A DNA stretch of 64,000 nucleotides from Eledone cirrhosa (taxonomy: Eukaryota), in the NCBI GenBank assembly GCA_964016885.1, contig OZ024743.1, forward strand, positions 360,530,001 to 360,594,000, in the 5' to 3' direction. A program made the translations under genes and the position numbers. The number at the start of each line of letters is the position of its first letter. The first letter of the stretch is position 1. This document shows positions 12,972-23,936 of this stretch, piece by piece. The notes under the pieces were generated by a model. That model did not search any database. It was not told the DNA's origin and saw only the letters and a program-made list of their open reading frames with translations.

Positions 12972-14691
12972 TCTTTATATATATATAAAAGCAAGGATGT
13001 GTGTGTGTCTGTGTACAACTTTGCATACTTAAGGCTTTTACAATTACCAACTGAATTTGACCAAATTTTCTGTGCACGTTGCACAGGTCGCTAACATTTT
13101 TCACACACATTTTTCAAATCGACCCACATTGAGCAATAAAAAAATCGATATCAAAATTATCGGTAGAAAAATTGATGTAAGGGAGATAACAAACTTTATT
13201 GACAATCCTTATAAAAAAGCGAGATAACCTTTGCAAGACATACGGGATTGCAGTGGTGTTATGGGGGGGGGGTCACCCTTCTGCTATCAGGAGACTTCAG
13301 ACATACTCTTCCTATAATACCGAAAGGAACAAGAGCAGATGCGGTAAATGCATGTCTTAAGTCTTCACCATTGTGGCGACAAGTGACATCATTAAGACTA
13401 ATTACCAACATGCGTGCAAGGTTACAATGGGACCCTCTGTCATCAACATTTTCTGGAAACATTCTTACAATAGGAGATGGTAACCTACCTCCTGATACAG
13501 ATGGACACATAGCAATTGATCACATGTACAATGTAGTTGAAAGTGTCGATGATCTTAAGGCGAGTGTATTCCCGAACTTGCGTGATAACTATACGAATCT
13601 TGATTGGCTATGCGAAAGAGCCATTCTTGCACCCAAAAATATCACGGTTAGCTGTATTAACAATCAGCTTCTTCAGCTTCTTCCTGGATGTCCACGGATA
13701 TATAAATCTATTGATACTGTATGTGATCCACAGGATGCGGTCAATTATCCAGTTGAATTTCTAAATTCTTTAAATCCTCCTGGTTTACCTCCTAATACAT
13801 TGGTTCTGAAAGAGGGAACACCAGTTATTTTGCTGAGAAATATCACTCCTCCAAAACTATTCAATGGTACACGCCTTGTGGTTAAAAAACTTTCTCCACT
13901 TAGTATTAACGCTACCATTCTATCCGGATCTGGAAAAGGCGAGGATGTGATAATAACAAAAATTAACCTGAGTACATCAGGCGTGGATACTTCCTTCTCC
14001 TTTCGCCCAACCCAATATCCCCTTCGTGTTGCCTGTGCGATGTCCATATACAAGTCGCAAGGTCAAACTCTGTCCGTCGCTGGAATTCTCTTGGATGAAC
14101 CTTGCTTTTCGCACGGACAATTCTAAGTTGCCTGCTCACGAGTTGGCAGTCGAGATAATCTCTTTGCGTTTGTTCCGAAAAGAAAAACAAAGAATATCGT
14201 ATATCCTGAAGTGCTTTAGTGTTAACAAAAAAACTTATTACAGCTCTGCTTTGACTTCACCTTACTCATTACAAAACATACCAATGAATATGTCATGCAG
14301 GATATTTTGGATTATAAGTTCAAAATTTAACCATACACAGCAAAGAATCCTCTCAAAGAATAGATTTTCTCTTATTCTACTCTCATGGTTTTTTTGTTTG
14401 TATAACACATTACACCTTTTTGTACTTTAGCAAAACTGCCTGTTTTTTTACAGATTTGCAACGTGTATTGTCTTTAATCCTTTGTATAACTCCATCCTTT
14501 TCAGTGTTTTCCTTCATTATCAGCATAGTTTTATGTGTACAAAGGTTGCACTAAATATTCGTTTGCATTTATTATTGAAGACTTCTGCTTATTTTGACAG
14601 GTAGGGGACAAATAATGTTTTTCTTTTACTTCCTAGCTGTATATTCTTAGCATAATTTCAAACCCCGAGCAACGCCGGGTAAATCTGCTAG
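12972..14691 (+). mobile_element. Non-autonomous Helitron (1.72 kb) with both termini
   Basis: 5' TC (tctttatatatatataaaagc) after host A. 3' hairpin ccccgagcaacgccggg, then CTAG (14688-14691) before host T. The paralogous empty site attataa|ttgaatataaaag at ~15190-15210 shows A^T insertion with no TSD. Confidence 0.92.
13248..14225 (+). pseudogene. Helitron PIF1-family helicase C-terminal remnant
   Basis: GDFRHTLP, RLITNMR, RAILAPKN, YPVEFLNSLNPPGLP, LRNI..LFNGTRL, AMSIYKSQGQTL, FSHGQF*VACSRV. N-terminus (Rep, Walker A) is missing and there is an in-frame stop at 14124-14126. Confidence 0.9.
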
Positions 14692-14859
14692 TTGAATATA
14701 AAAGAAAGATAAACACAGATATATACATATATGTGTTCAAATCGTAAGGGACCAGATTCGCTAAGGTGAAAAGAATACTATGGACAATAGGGTGTGCTTG
14801 ACTCAATTTAACAATAAATAAATAAAATAAATACAAACCGGCATTGTGGTAACTACCAA

Positions 14860-14940
14860 TCAGCCAGACAGCGTGTGGCTATGCTGTTTCGCAAAATTAA
14901 TTCTGAAGAGGAATATCGATTCTTGCTCATGGGTGGTTGA
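14860..14940 (-). ncRNA. Decayed type I hammerhead motif (copy 1 of a local duplication)
   Basis: Minus: tcaacca-cccATGA-GCAAGA...TTTTGC-GAAA-CAGC(loop)GCTG-TC-tggctga. Stems II and III and GUC are intact; CUG of the core is mutated. Confidence 0.6.
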
Positions 14941-15405
14941 AGAATTAGTATCCTAGTCACTTCTAGAAAACTGAATAGTGTGCGTATATATAATAACGCA
15001 CATGGTATCGGAACTTAACGTGCCTCAAAAACTCACACCCCTAAAAATAGCAGCCAGGTTTACTCGACATTTGAATTAGCTCAACAAATTAACGGAACCG
15101 AATATATCAAAGTTATATATTGAGTTAGAAACTCAAAATAGTCTCTTACAATAAAATACCTCTAGGAAAGAGATTTTTCCGAGCCGTACATTATAATTGA
15201 ATATAAAAGAAAATTCTATTCATAGTAATATATTCTAGATAGACCTAAACAATCTTAGTCGATCTCACTTGTATATCGATAGAGTTTTTTCACTTTCACT
15301 TAATATGAGACATTGCTTTTCTGATATTTCATCTATATGTTTTATCCGTTCATTGGGATGTTTAAGTATTAGAGACTGATTAATATTAATCATGTATATA
15401 TATAA

Positions 15406-15592
15406 GGGCGGTGGATTGGCAGTATCGGTAGAGGGTCGGACGCCATGCTTTCCAGCATAGTTACGTCCCTTTACGATCTGATTTCAAATCCCGCCGAGGT
15501 TGACTTTGCCTTTCATCCTTACGGGGTCGATAAAATAAAGTATCAGTAATGCACTGGGTAATTGCTGGCCTTGTGCCTAAAGTAGAAACAAT
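15406..15592 (+). mobile_element. Same SINE family
   Basis: Near-identical to the 11251 copy; imperfect TSD attaatcatgtatatata / attaattatgtatatata. Confidence 0.9.
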
Positions 15593-15665
15593 TAATTATG
15601 TATATATACACAATCCCATAATTTATATATACACAGACATATTTATATATGCATATATGCATATA

Positions 15666-15688
15666 ATTGAATATAAAAGAAAGATAAG

Positions 15689-15767
<79 letters not shown>

Positions 15768-16000
15768 TCAAATCGTAAGGGACCAGATTCGCTAATGTGA
15801 AAAGAATACTAACTATGGACAATAGGGTTTGCCAGACTCAATTTAAGAATAAATAAATAAAATAAATACAAACTGGAATTGTGGTAACTATCAATCACCC
15901 AGACAGCGTTTGGCTATGCTGTTTCGCAAAATTAATTGTGAAGAGGAATACTTAGAAGTGACCAGGATACTAATTCTTCACCCACTGATGAGCAAGAATC
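15666..16000. repeat. Diverged duplicate of ~14692-14965 with an inverted ~50-bp segment splitting the HHR
   Basis: Shared ttgaatataaaagaaagataa...ttcaaatcgtaagggaccagattcgc...gctgtttcgcaaaattaatt. 15953-16000 is the reverse complement of ~14918-14966. Confidence 0.8.
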
Positions 16001-16499
16001 ATTATGAAACATTATGAATGCCATTCGCTATGCATTTTAAAATGTTGACTAACATAACATACCTAGTCTCGGCAAAATCACAGGGAAATAATTGCCGGTC
16101 ACCGTTTCTCGCTTGTAAGTGGTTGTCAAGATTACACACACTTTCACGTCTTCCGAGAGTTATAGAAGCTGGATTCTTATAGAATCCAAATTACATTTAT
16201 AAGCTGTTTAAACTCATTAACATACAGAGCGGTTGCCGAACCCAGCAAAAATTAGAAATGTGTATTGGTGCTCTAAAATAGCGATGTATATATCAGTGTA
16301 TGTATTGTATATTTAGTAATATACTGTATGTTTATATAAAAACATTCTGAAGACCGTTCGCTATGAATTTTAATGTACTGACTAACGTCAGATACCAATC
16401 TCGGCAGGAGCAAAGTGGAGCAATACGTACATTCATATATACATCGCTATTTCAGAGCACCATTACTAATATGTATATATATATAACAAAGGAATTGTG

Positions 16500-18112
16500 G
16501 TAAGGAACCAGATGGACCATAACGCACCAGAGTACTCAATACTTAGGGTAGTAGATTGGGAAATAGGAAAAAATATTACCCCGACGGCAGAGCTCGAGCC
16601 GTTTCGACGGCTATTTATGGACTAAATTTGAATTTTTAGCCTGGTGAATAAATAGCCGAACTTATCCAGGGGGTACTTCCTTATATAGGAAGATTGTAGT
16701 TGTCAAAAGGATTGGTTAACATTTGTTGTAAATACAAATAAGTCTATCATGGCATTTGGTGGGAGGTAGGGCTGGCTGTAGAACAATAGGGGAGTGACTG
16801 GAGCGGTCAAGCGTTGAAAGTGAAATGTATACAGCAGATTCTAAGGATAGTGTATGGAGTGGAGGAGGGAGGTGATAGAATAGGTAAATCGAATGAGAGT
16901 AGGAGACAATAAAAGATAATTGAAAGAAAAAAATATATATATAAAATTAGATAGTGAGAAATGAATAAAAGAATCACAATACTATTTACAATTACAGGTT
17001 AATAAGTTGAGAATAGAAATAACTTGTAGAAATTCAGTAGTACCAAAACTGATACAAAATTAAAGGGATTTAATACGTCTGCTATAAGTAGTTAGTAAAA
17101 AGTATTCGGCCAATTCTATCTTAAAATTACAGGCGTGGGGGAACTACAGAGGCCCGATAGGCTGCATCGGGGTAGGAGAAAGGGAAAAGCAGACGAGGAA
17201 GAAAATTGGGGGTGGAAGGAAGTGATAGGATGAGAGAGGGGAAGAACAAGAGAGTGAGGAAAAGAAAAGAAAAGAAAAGAAAAGAAAAGAAAAGTAAAGA
17301 GATACATCTACCTATGTGAGCTGGGGTTTCCCCTAACTTATTCGGCAAGCGTGTGTGTGTGTGGGGGGGGGGGGGTATCAGCCCTTGTCTACCCACCCGG
17401 GTCGGTATGGGGTTTGAGGGCGAGGTAAATCCTACGCAATCTGTGTTTGCATGCGGTTACCAGTTCGTCTTTCTTGTTTAGGAGTTGGTTCTTCGAAAAC
17501 AGCATTTTTAATGTTTCCTCCGAGCAGAAGTTACATGGACGGCGTCTCCTGTGTAAGAGTTAGCTCTGGACAGTAAGCTCCAAGTGAGATTGTATGTTAT
17601 ATTATTATCCTGGAGGTCCCAGATGTGGCCCGAAAGTGTAGTGGCATGTCGCTGGACCGGGTTTCGGAAAGTATGTCGGTGTTGGTAGATCCCGCTCTTG
17701 AAGTCACACGCGGTTAATCCTATATAAGCTTTGTTGAAGGTGTCCGTCCTCGCGTTGCACTGGTAGATCACGTTACCTTCTCGGCATTTGTTGTTGAGGG
17801 GGCACGTAGATCTATCAGGGCAGTTAAACCTCCTGGTCGGCTCTCCACGTATGTCTAGGTTATTTCTTCCATAGGGATTGAGTTTTTTGTTCTTTGATGA
17901 GACGATCTTTTGTGCGAAGTTAGGTGTGGTGCTGTAGGGGAGTTTGATGGTGTTTTTGTTGATTATGTTGTGATAGCAGTGTTGTAGTGGGAAGTGTTTT
18001 TCGAGGAGTCTAAAGAAGATTTTCCCGATAGGTGTTGCCACCTCAACATTGTGGGGAGGATTGAACCACGCTACGTTGCGTGAGCGGCGGTGTCGCCTGC
18101 TGGTTCCGCTAA
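16500..18112 (-). mobile_element. 5'-truncated PLE, Hydra-clade-like (GIY-YIG region plus 3' region)
   Basis: VAWFNPPHN..ATPIGKIFF..., NKNTIKLPYSTTPN, NCPDRSTCPLNNKC, NVIYQC..AYIGLTACDFK..., TTLSGHIWDL..LTWSLL within ORF 17508-18344. Confidence 0.8.
16577..16675 (-). ncRNA. Hammerhead-like motif in the 3' region of the adjacent PLE
   Basis: Minus: tacccc-ctggataag-ttCGGCTATTTAT...ATAAATAGCCGtc-GAAA-CGGC(loop)GCCG-TC-ggggta. Stems I-III and GUC are present; the CUGAUGA core is altered. Confidence 0.6.
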
Positions 18113-21100
18113 GGGAACAAGTCTTCCTCCCGAGAAAATCCCGGATTAAAGAAATAACATCAGAACCAAATGAAGAAATCAAAATAAAACAAAATCTAGC
18201 ACTCCAGAAACTTGAGACAGAAATCACTCTACTCTGTCTAAGTGTGCCAAAATTTAAAGAAAAATTTGAAAAATTTGAGACCACCATTAGAGAATAAATA
18301 AAGAAAAGAAGCATGGGTAATGTACGAGAAAAACTATTTGACATTTGGAAGAATGATACAACCAGAGAGGAATTGAAATCAAAGAAAATCTTGGAGTCAA
18401 GAACACAATGGCTACAAGAATATGAAAAAAACTATGGGAAAGTCCAAATATAGTCCAAAAAACAAACCCATAAGAAACCCTCAAATTCGGGAATATACAA
18501 AATACAAGAAATGAAGAATTCTCACACAATAAACAAACATCAACCCGAAATCGGAGAATCCCAAACACACAATTATATACAAACCAAATACTGAATACCA
18601 GAACCAAATACAACTACTATCAAAACCCCAAGAACAATTACCAGCGGCAAAATCAAAGACATATGATGACAGAACGGAACAACAGAAGAACTAGACCCCC
18701 ATATATCAACCACCAAACAAAATACTACCGTTCAGAAAATTATCAACATGAAATGCCAGCAAACAGAACATTTCACCACAACAGAACCACCGCTACCTCA
18801 AATGGGAATTATTTTTTAGAACAAGGTGCCTCTCACCATTGAAAGGAAAAAATAAAAAAATACCACCCTTCAAGTGGCACCCGACGAGAAAGTTCCAAAG
18901 GAACCAAAAATAATCAGTATATCGGCAAAAATACTAACACAACAGGAAATAAAATTGTTAGAAAATGGACTGAAATTCACACCCACTCCAAAAGCAGATC
19001 AAGCCGACCTTTTAAAGACACAGAAGAATTTTTTCAAAATTTACGTCTAGGAGAAATCTTCCAGGGTGTAGAATACGAAGGGGAATCACTAGTAAGAAAC
19101 AAAAAGAAATTCAGACCTCCGATAAATAGAGCCAAACACCTGGAGGATTACATAACCTACCTCCGACGATCGGCACAGTCAAATATTGCAGAGACGAAAC
19201 ACAAACACAACATCCCTACAGACCAACTGCAAGCACTAAACAAACTAGAAAAAGACTCCTCAATAATCATAAAGGAAGCGGACAAAGGTGGAACAATCAT
19301 CATCATTTACAAGGAAGAGTTGAATAACGATGATTTTTGCCGAAAAATCAGCAAAAACGAAGAAAGTAAATCGATGATTAACGAAGGCAAAGAACCTCAA
19401 ACTAAAGGAAATCAATTACTTAACACAGTTCGAAATGAAAACCAGCAATTTCTATGGTTTACCGAAGGTTCACAAATCCAGAGAAATCCAAGACAACATA
19501 AAAGGCAAAAATACATCATATGTTGAATTACCAAAACTGACAGATTTAAAATTACGCCCAATTGTTGCTGGTCCAGCCTCAAGCACACAACGTCTAAGCA
19601 ACCTATTAGACATCATACTGAAACCCTTATGTAAAAAAGTGCCAAGCTTCATCAGAGATGATATGGAATTCCTGAACTATATCTCCCAGAAAGTACAGCA
19701 AGAAACAATTTTCATCAGGTTTGACGTAACAAGCTTATATACTAACATTGCACACGACTAAGGAGTTGAAGCTGTTGACTTCTGGATTACAAAACACCCA
19801 GACTACATTTCAGAGAGATTCCACAAATAATTCATTTTGGAAGGACTCAAATTAGTACTGGAGAATAACCACTTCCTTTTTGATAACGAACTATATTTAC
19901 AAATAAAAGGAACAGCCATCAGCACCAAAGTGGCCCCAACATATGTAACACTAGTTATGGGCCACCTGGAGGCAAAATTACATTCCAAACTACAGGAAAC
20001 ATTCAGTCATGACTTCACCACCTACATTAATCACAACTTGAAACGCTACCTAGACGACTTCTTCATCTTCTGGAATAGAGCGAAAAAGACCTGCAAAGCT
20101 TCCATGCCATCATAAACAATCTTCACGAAGAAATAAAATTCACCATGGAATGTAATAAAAAGGAAAAGAGGTTTCTGCATATCCTTATCATTAAGGAAGG
20201 GGAACATATCAAAACCGACTTATTTTACAAACCAACAGACACACACCAATACTTGAATTTCCGTTCAGCTCACCCATCACATACCAAAAGGAACATTCCT
20301 TTTAACATGGCAAGACGCATCTGCACCATAGTAACACACCCCACACTACAGGAAAAAAGATTTAATGAATTAAAAGAGTTCCTTAAAAGACAAGAATATC
20401 CGGTGAACCTCATCAACACAGCCATCTCCAAAGCCCAAACATTCCGGTGACAACACTGAGAAAAACAAAGCAAGAAAATAGAATGGAAAAAACAGTTATC
20501 CCCTTTGTCATCACCCTCAATCCAAGGAACTTCAACATTGTGAAAGCCACCAAACAATATCTCCCGATTCTCCAGCAGTCCCCTAAAATAAATGCACTCA
20601 TAAAAGATGCACAAATTATATATAGTAGACGCCAAGCACCCAACCTAAAGAAACTGCTTACCAAGGCAAAATGTACGTCTAATAATGAAGCAATGCAAGT
20701 TAAGAAATGCGGGAACCCTCGATGCGGAACTTGCAAACACATTGAAGAGGGTGGACAAATCTGCATTAAAAACAACCAGTCTTTCACAGTTAATGCAAAC
20801 ATGAATTGCAAAGCAAAAAACTTGATGTACTGTGCAACCTGCCCACTATGTTAACTACATTGGCGAAACCGCCGGAACGGGTCTACATGACAGAGTCGAG
20901 TACATAAACAAAACATTAGAGACCCTTCTGTCACAAAAACCACATGCAGTGAACACTTCGCAACATGCGGTAAGGGAAATTTCACAATTTTCCCCTTCTT
21001 TAAGATATGGTCGGACAACGAACATTTCCGAAAATATAAAGAATAATTCTTTATTAGAAAATACAAACCACTACTGAACACAAAACAGAGACATTCCATC

Positions 21101-21200
21101 TTCAAGTAACGGAATTTTCCTCTCTTTACTTTAAAAAAATCTCATATTGAAAAAAAAAAATAGTTGATGACACCCGTACTTTCAAACATTCGATCGCTGA
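18113..21200 (+). mobile_element. Near-full-length degraded PLE, Naiad-like (RT + Zn motif + GIY-YIG)
   Basis: GLKFTPTP, IIIKEADKGG, FYGLPKVHKS, LRPIVAGP, FDVTSLYTNI, GTAISTKVAPTY, KRYLDDFFIFW, TDLFYKPTD..YLNFRSAHP, KCGNPRCGTCKH, YCATCPLC/YIGET. Many frameshifts and stops. Confidence 0.88.
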
Positions 21201-21360
21201 AGAGAAGAAAAACCTTCAGAGGTACAATAACATTTCATTAATTTCCCCTTCCCCACACCAATGTATATATGAACTTAAACACTTGAGTAGATGTGGGTAC
21301 ATATATGTATGTACAGATGTGTATTTTTTTATATATGTTCCTGTAGGTATAGAGATATAT

Positions 21361-21958
21361 GTCTTAGTCTTAGTCTTAGTTCCTCCAGTCCCTTGTGGAA
21401 CCTTGGGCGACGAGCTTCCTCCACTGGATACTGTCACTGGCGGCCATTCTAGCACCTCTCAAGGTAATTCCCATCTCCCGCAGGTCCTCCCTGAATGTGC
21501 TCCACCATGTTTTTCGTGGTCTTCCCTGTTCTCTCCTGCCACCTTCTGGTACCCAATCCATGGCAATATGAGCAGGTTGATCTGCCGGCAAACGAAGGAT
21601 GTGGCCCGCGGACCGCCGTCTCCTTTTCCAGACAATGTCCCTTAACGTCTCCAATCCTGACCTCCTCATCACTTCCTATTTGCTAACTTGGTCTCTCTAT
21701 GAAATTTTCAATATGGTCTGAATGCAACGACGGTGGAATACATCAAGCTTGTTACATACACTTTCCGTAATCTTCCATGACTCACAGGCATATATCGCTG
21801 GTGGTACTACAATGGACATGTAAACACGGAATTTGACGCCGTTTGAACACCTGGACCATACCGGACGGAGTCGCTGGAAGACCGCCGCTGCTTTTCCCAG
21901 CCTTGTGCGCACATCCACCCCAGCATCCCCATCGTCAGAGATGTTGCTGCCAAGGTAT
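21361..21958 (-). mobile_element. RTE-clade LINE 3' fragment with (GACTAA)n tail
   Basis: YLGSNIS..DVRTRLGKAAAVF, YACESW, LDVFHRRCIQTIL, GHILRL, GRPRKTW. Tail gtcttagtcttagtcttag at 21361-21379; possible TSD agatatatgt. Confidence 0.88.
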
Positions 21959-22017
21959 TGTGTACAGATATATGTGTACATGTTTATATGTATTGGTGCA
22001 TATGCACGTGCGTATGT

Positions 22018-22074
<57 letters not shown>

Positions 22075-22229
22075 ATGTGTATGTCTATATATATATATAT
22101 GTGTGTGTGTCTATGTATGTGTGTATGTATATGTATGTATATATATATATATACATATGTGTGTGTATGTTTATGTATGTATGTACATGTATGTGTGGGT
22201 GTATGCGTGTGTGAGTGTGAGTGTATATT

Positions 22230-22275
<46 letters not shown>

Positions 22276-22279
<4 letters not shown>

Positions 22280-23856
22280 GATGAATCTACCAAAATATAC
22301 GGTCGTGTCCAATCCGTATGAAGAACTCAATGTAATCCAAATATCATGAAAAGAGATGTATTCAAACTTTTTTTCGATGAAAATCACTGGAAAACAGAGT
22401 CAAGATAAATTAATATAAACAATGAAAAAAAATAAAGAAACAGTTCCTTATATTAAAAAAATTCATCATTTTACGATCGTTTCTAGGATATATATGTGTG
22501 TGTTGGTATGTATATCATATAGATCTATATAAACATTTTACAAACTATCAGAGGGAATATACATACCTACACATATATATGCTGTCTTCAGAAAGAATGA
22601 TATTTGTTTATTGAAAAGAACCAACACAGATTAATATAATAGGTCTGTTTGAGAACAGGTTTTGAATTGACCAATAGAAAAGTAGTAAGTGGTCAAGTTG
22701 ATAGAATAGTAGTAGTAGAAATTTAATTTAGGGGTAGAGGAATGCAGACTTCAGTTTTGAATGGAAAGAATACTTTGAATGAAAAGATTACTTTAGGGAT
22801 GAAAAGCGGTCAAGCCGGTGAAAGGTACACGAAAATTTGATGTTATTAAAGAATAATGTTAATGTTAAAATCGAAGGAGAATAACATTTTAGGATAAATG
22901 TGTTATTGAGAAATACCAATGGTATTTAAAACATAAGGAATTTACATCTATAAAAGGAAATTAAATTAATTTAATTGAAAGGTATACTTATAGGGATAAA
23001 TTTATATTAATTCATATAGATATGATAAATAAGAGTTAGATGTGATTAAAGAATGTTGTTAAAAACGAAGGAAAAAGTTTTTTTGAGATAAATGTATTAG
23101 CGAGAAATAACAAACTTATATAGACTACAAGGAATTTAGATTCATAACAGGAAATTAAAATAGTTTATATGTATACTTATAGGTATTAATTTTAGGAAAA
23201 GATAGCTGTAAAAGGGAAATAAAATTATGAAGTTCTTAGTAGTAAAATACTAATTATAGGTTAACTAATTAAAAAAACTAATTAGACTAATTAGACACCT
23301 TACACTTATATTTTACAAATTATTATAATTAGTTTTTTTAATTAGACACCTTACACTTATATTTTACAAATTATAATTAGTTTTATATAAATTTGTTTTT
23401 TCTCAATAACACATTTATCCTTAAATGTTATTCTCCTTCGAGTTTAACATTAGCTTATTCTTTAATTACATCAAATTTCCGTGTACCTTTCACTGGCTTG
23501 ACCTCTTTTCATCCCCTAAGGAATCTTTTCATTCAAAGTTTTCTTTCCATTCAAAACTGAAGTCTGCATTCCTCTATGCCTAAATTCAATGTCTACTACT
23601 ACTATTCTATCAACTTGACCACTTACTACTTTTCTATTGGTCAATTCAAAACCTGTTCCCAAACAGACCTATTATATTAAATCTTTGTTGGTTCTTTTCA
23701 ATAAACAAATATCATTCTTTCTGAAGACAGCATATATATGTTTGTAAAATTTTTAAATAGACTATAATACCAACACAGGCATCCTAGAAACGATCGTAAA
23801 ATGATGACTGTTTTAATATAAGGAACTGTTTCTTTGTTTTTATTCATTGTTTTTTA

Positions 23857-23860
<4 letters not shown>
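22276..23860. mobile_element. Non-coding foldback element: two inverted PLE-type termini, each with an HHR
   Basis: ~22410-22913 is the reverse complement of ~23398-23860. HHR motifs at 22466-22600 (-) and 23712-23804 (+). Terminal sequence is homologous to 55560-56000. Flanked by (TA)n. Confidence 0.75.
23712..23804 (+). ncRNA. Type I hammerhead motif
   Basis: tcattcttt-CTGAAGA-...-GAAA-CGATCG-TA-aaatga; palindromic stem III. Mirror copy at 22466-22600 (-). Confidence 0.6.
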
Positions 23861-23933
<73 letters not shown>

Positions 23934-23936
23934 AGA

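Noticed and set aside
13248-14126. Host PIF1 helicase gene
   Set aside because: It is intronless, N-terminally truncated, has a premature stop and lies within Helitron termini.
16265-16462. ~25-bp inverted repeats bounding ~200 bp as a MITE
   Set aside because: It is a single imperfect instance with no clear TSD.
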